The translations under genes were made by a program, and so were the position numbers. A DNA stretch of 64,000 nucleotides from an uncultured Poribacteria bacterium (GTDB taxonomy: Bacteria; Poribacteria; WGA-4E; WGA-3G), in the NCBI GenBank assembly GCA_958296135.2, contig CATQHZ020000001.1, positions 4,672,001 to 4,736,000 of the forward strand, in the 5' to 3' direction. Below the pieces are notes generated by a model. The model was given only the letters and a program-made list of their open reading frames with translations. It did not search any database and had not been told where the DNA came from. Position 1 is the stretch's first letter. Each line of letters begins with the position of its first letter. Shown here in pieces: positions 60,639 through 64,000 of the stretch.

Positions 60639-62188
60639 GCAGTGGCGAGAACTCTATGAGAATCTAGCAGAACCTACCCTAATCTATCTCCGATTTTTGC
60701 GCAGTGTCATTCGCAAAGCCGAATGACACATCTTCGGCATGCTTGGCTTTCGCAAGCATGCCTACGCAAAAATCGGCAGATGTGCATTTTGACTTGCAGT
60801 CGGCTTGGATTTGTGGTAGCATGTAGTTACCGTTGGGAGGTGAGACCTACTAAGCGCGGCTGCCCGCCGTGTCTCTCACCTCCACCTTACCTGAGTAGGA
60901 AGGAAAAACAACGGCGAACGGTGACGCCTATGACATTGAAAACGCATTTAATGGCGTTGGACCCGAATAATAAGCAGGCGACGCTGCTTGCAAAGCACTG
61001 CGGCTATGCCCGCGTGGCACGTAACCATGCGCTCTCGGAATTCAAGGCGGCACTCGACCGCGATGAATTCCTATCCGATAGGGACTTGCGCAAACGGTTC
61101 AACGCCGTGAAAGACGAACTTTACCCGTGGTGTCGTGAGCTCAGTCAAAATGCATCAAAGAATGGGATTTGCACTCTCGGTGATGCAGTGAAACGCTGGG
61201 TCTCTAAACAGAACCGCTTCCCGCGCTATAAGCACCGATCTGGTAGGAGTTCCTACCAAGCTGACAATGGCGCAGGCACGGTAAAGGTGGAGAAAAAGCG
61301 TGTCAACCTCCCGAAGATTGGCTGGGTTCGCCTGCGCGAGAAGTTACGGTGGCGTGGCGAGATTCGGCGGTGTGTCGTCTCCAAACGTGCGGGCAGGTGG
61401 TTTCTATCGGTTCTCGTGAAGGTGGTTTCCGACAGTGCGCCACGGGTGCGTTCTGAGGCGGCTCCTATGCGGGTAGTTGGTGTTGATGTAGGTATCAAAA
61501 CCCTAGCCGTGACATCCGAGGGTGTTGAGTTTGAAAACCCAAAGGCACTTTACCGATACCTGCGGAAGTTGCGGCGTGCGCAGCGTCAGCTCTCTCGTTC
61601 GGTTTATCGAAGCAGAAACTGGTATCGGAAGCAGTTCCGCGTGCAGAAGATTCACTATCGTATCTGCTGTCTGCGTGAGGATGCCCATCACAAGGTAAGC
61701 ACGGCGATTGTAAAGTCGGCTGACGTTCTCGGTATCGAGAGTCTTCGCGTGGCAGGCTTGTTGAAAAACCGCCGTCTTGCAAAGGCGTTGAGCGATGCGT
61801 CATTAAGTGGTTTCCTGACGATGCTTCGGTATAAAGCAGCGGCACACGGCGTTGAGATTATCGAGGCACCGTCGAACTTCCCATCGTCGAAGACGTGCAG
61901 TGCTTGCGGGAATAAGAAGACGAAGTTGCCCCTCTCGGAGCGGACATATCACTGCGAGGCATGTGGCGTGGGTATTGACCGCGACTTGAATGCCGCGCAT
62001 AATTTAAGAACCCTGTCCGCTAGCTTGACGGAGAGGTAAAACGGCTGCGGAGCGACTATAAGCCCTCATAGTAGGCACACCTCGTGTGTCTCGGAGGCAC
62101 GCCGCATTGAAACAGCAACTACGACAGATCAGAGGACAGGTCAGCTTAGGATAGATTTGTCCAGATTATCATAAGTTCTAGGGAGCGG
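60639..62188 (+). mobile_element. Non-autonomous IS607-like element carrying tnpB only
   Basis: Related inverted subterminal motifs AGAACTCTATGAGAATCT / AGATTATCATAAGTTCT; right end GAGCGG; no tnpA; ends approximate. Confidence 0.65.
60930..62039 (+). CDS. tnpB: RNA-guided endonuclease TnpB
   Basis: RuvC GVDVG / IESL / DRDLNAA; Zn finger CSAC...CEAC. Confidence 0.92.
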   Translation: MTLKTHLMALDPNNKQATLLAKHCGYARVARNHALSEFKAALDRDEFLSDRDLRKRFNAVKDELYPWCRELSQNASKNGICTLGDAVKRWVSKQNRFPRYKHRSGRSSYQADNGAGTVKVEKKRVNLPKIGWVRLREKLRWRGEIRRCVVSKRAGRWFLSVLVKVVSDSAPRVRSEAAPMRVVGVDVGIKTLAVTSEGVEFENPKALYRYLRKLRRAQRQLSRSVYRSRNWYRKQFRVQKIHYRICCLREDAHHKVSTAIVKSADVLGIESLRVAGLLKNRRLAKALSDASLSGFLTMLRYKAAAHGVEIIEAPSNFPSSKTCSACGNKKTKLPLSERTYHCEACGVGIDRDLNAAHNLRTLSASLTER

Positions 62189-62205
62189 CGTTTATCTTAT
62201 CTACA
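62000..62205 (+). ncRNA. Predicted TnpB omega/reRNA (right-end scaffold plus flank-derived guide)
   Basis: Position between tnpB 3' end and IS right end; hairpin-rich; inferred from TnpB biology. Confidence 0.45.
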
Positions 62206-62687
62206 CCTTTTGGGGAGTCATCAGCGAAATTCGAGAAGGTAGGACTACCGGACTAGCATCCGTGGTCATCGCGAGAAACATCTGGACGCATCTTGCTGGT
62301 TACTATCTCTCTTTAACTGTATTGACTATTCTTATCTGTAAGGGATTGGAGCGTGTCATGTATTACTTAGACGCGAAGCGGCAGGCCGCGCGGGATAGGC
62401 GGCGTGCCGAGCAGGCCGAACGGCGCGCCGAAGAATATAGACTGCGCATTGAGCAGGAACAGCAGCGCGCCGAACAAGACAGACAGCGCGCCGAACAAGA
62501 ACGGCAACGTGCTGAACAAGCCGAACAGCGCATCAAGCAGACAGAACAACGTGCCGAGCTGGAACGGCAGCGCGTTGAAGAGGCAGAACAACGCGCCGAA
62601 CAAGAGCAACAACGCGCCGAACAAGCCGAGGCTGAAAAAGAACGGCTTTTGCAAGAATTGCAGAAATATCAACAAGACGAGAATTAA
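62189..62687 (+). pseudogene. 3' part of the interrupted gene; TM segments plus RAEQE coiled-coil repeats
   Basis: VYLIYTFWGV...; heptad repeats QRAEQER. Confidence 0.6.
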
Positions 62688-62761
62688 AATTTGCGAGGGA
62701 CGATGCCTTGCACAACCGCCTCTGTGTCATTCACCAGAGGCAGGAGGTTATCAGCATTAAT

Positions 62762-63037
62762 ATGACAGGAGATGCATTGGGTTTAGTTGAAACCAGAGGC
62801 TTAATCGGCAGCATCGAAGCCGCCGATGCCATGGTAAAAGCGGCAAACGTTCAACTCATCGGCTATGAGCAAGTAGGCGGCGGATACGTGACTGTCATGG
62901 TGCGCGGCGATGTCGGCGCGGTGAAAGCCGCAACAGATGTCGGTGCCGAAGCAGCCGCGCGCGTCGGCGAAGTCGTTTCAGTCCATGTGATTCCGCGCCC
63001 CCACGCGGAAGTCGAAACTATCTTACGGAAAGGGTAA
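62762..63037 (+). CDS. Bacterial microcompartment BMC-H shell protein (EutM/PduA-like)
   Basis: [36 protein letters not shown]. Confidence 0.95.
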   Translation: MTGDALGLVETRGLIGSIEAADAMVKAANVQLIGYEQVGGGYVTVMVRGDVGAVKAATDVGAEAAARVGEVVSVHVIPRPHAEVETILRKG

Positions 63038-63081
63038 GCCGCAAGCACCGACCCGGGCCGACACGAAAACGGAGATAAGGT

Positions 63082-63786
63082 ATGCCAGAACGCGCCCTTG
63101 TGGAACTCATCACTCGCCGAGTGATGAATAGACTGAAAACTGAACAGGCGTGCAGCGGATGCGCGCTGCGAACCTGCGATGCAGGAAATCGAGCCTGCGA
63201 TGCCGCCAGCCAGCAACAGAAGATTCCTGTCGGAATATCCGCACGGCACGCCCACGTGACGCAGGAACACCTCGAAATCCTTTACGGTGCAGGCCACCAA
63301 CTCACCGTCTATGCCCCGCTCTATCAGCCGGGAGCATTCGCGGCGGAAGAGACGCTCACCATCGTCGGGAAGCGGATGCGTGCCATCGAAGCCGTCCGTA
63401 TCCTCGGCCCCGTGCGCGACTACTCCCAAGTGGAGGTGGCGCAAACGGAAGCGATTCGACTCGGATTAAATCCACCCATCCGGGACTCCGGCACTCTTGC
63501 CGGGGCGGAAGCGATAACCCTCGTCGGGCCCGCTGGCAGTGTCTATCTGGCAGAAGGCGCCATCTGTGCTACGCGGCACATCCACATGACACCGACGCAG
63601 GCTGACGCATTTGGCGTTGACGAAACCTCGCGATTAAAGGTACACTTCCCAGGCGAACGCGCCCTAACGCTTGAAAACATTCGGCCCAAAATTCACGAAT
63701 CTTATGTGCTGCAAATGCACCTTGACACCGACGATGCCAACGCCGCAGGACTCAAAGGCGGCGAGGCAGTGGAACTCGCGCGGTGA
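63082..63786 (+). CDS. pduL: Phosphate propanoyltransferase PduL
   Basis: SARHAH, QPG.FA, RILGPVR, RDSG, RHIHM, HLDTDDANA; N-terminal helical extension. Confidence 0.92.
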   Translation: MPERALVELITRRVMNRLKTEQACSGCALRTCDAGNRACDAASQQQKIPVGISARHAHVTQEHLEILYGAGHQLTVYAPLYQPGAFAAEETLTIVGKRMRAIEAVRILGPVRDYSQVEVAQTEAIRLGLNPPIRDSGTLAGAEAITLVGPAGSVYLAEGAICATRHIHMTPTQADAFGVDETSRLKVHFPGERALTLENIRPKIHESYVLQMHLDTDDANAAGLKGGEAVELAR

Positions 63787-63789
63787 AAT

Positions 63790-64000
63790 ATGAATCAAGA
63801 ACTCATCGCTCAGGTGCAGAGAATCACTGAAAAGGTGCTGAAAGAGCGGACGCAAAACAGACAGCTGCTCGCTATCTTCGGTGCCACACAACGGACATTG
63901 GGCATCCCGCTCCAGCAACTCCAGCTGTGCATGCAGGAAGGATGGAAAATTCAAATAATTCTGTCCGAACTTGCAACTAAAACGTTAGCCCTTCAGCCGA
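63790..64000 (+). CDS. BMC-associated flavoprotein-like protein (partial)
   Basis: MNQELIAQVQRITEKVLK...LLAIFGA...GWKIQIILSELA; open to window end. Confidence 0.55.
   Translation, partial: MNQELIAQVQRITEKVLKERTQNRQLLAIFGATQRTLGIPLQQLQLCMQEGWKIQIILSELATKTLALQP

Noticed and set aside
60723-60929. N-terminal extension of TnpB or a tnpA gene
   Set aside because: No serine-recombinase or HUH motifs; TnpB homology starts at ATG 60930.

Overview
A GC-rich bacterial chromosome segment. Several traits point to Candidatus Poribacteria (sponge symbionts), though this is inference: LamG and malectin-like secreted proteins sharing a 'KL.T.WG.LK' tail, many Gfo/Idh/MocA and PhyH genes, TPR proteins and a microcompartment locus. 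Housekeeping genes include coaD, recX, alaS, larB, ctpA, gatCA, pcrA, uvrA and msrP. A myo-inositol catabolic cluster (iolA-iolE-iolG) is split by a C5-methyltransferase / GHKL-nuclease restriction cassette. A Type III R-M locus carries TWO tandem mod genes with near-identical conserved blocks, different target-recognition regions and the same out-of-frame C9 tract. Also present: an FRG-TPR protein, a duplicated nucleotidyltransferase-like protein, a tnpB-only IS607-like element splitting a membrane/coiled-coil gene, toxin-antitoxin relics and the start of a BMC operon. Intergenic DNA is dense with GTAG-type REP hairpins (some with cargo in the loop), REP-derived tandem arrays, MITE-like units and a degenerate ~75-bp element that repeatedly abuts start codons. 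No rRNA, tRNA or true CRISPR array was seen. All assignments come from reading motifs by eye; no searches were run.
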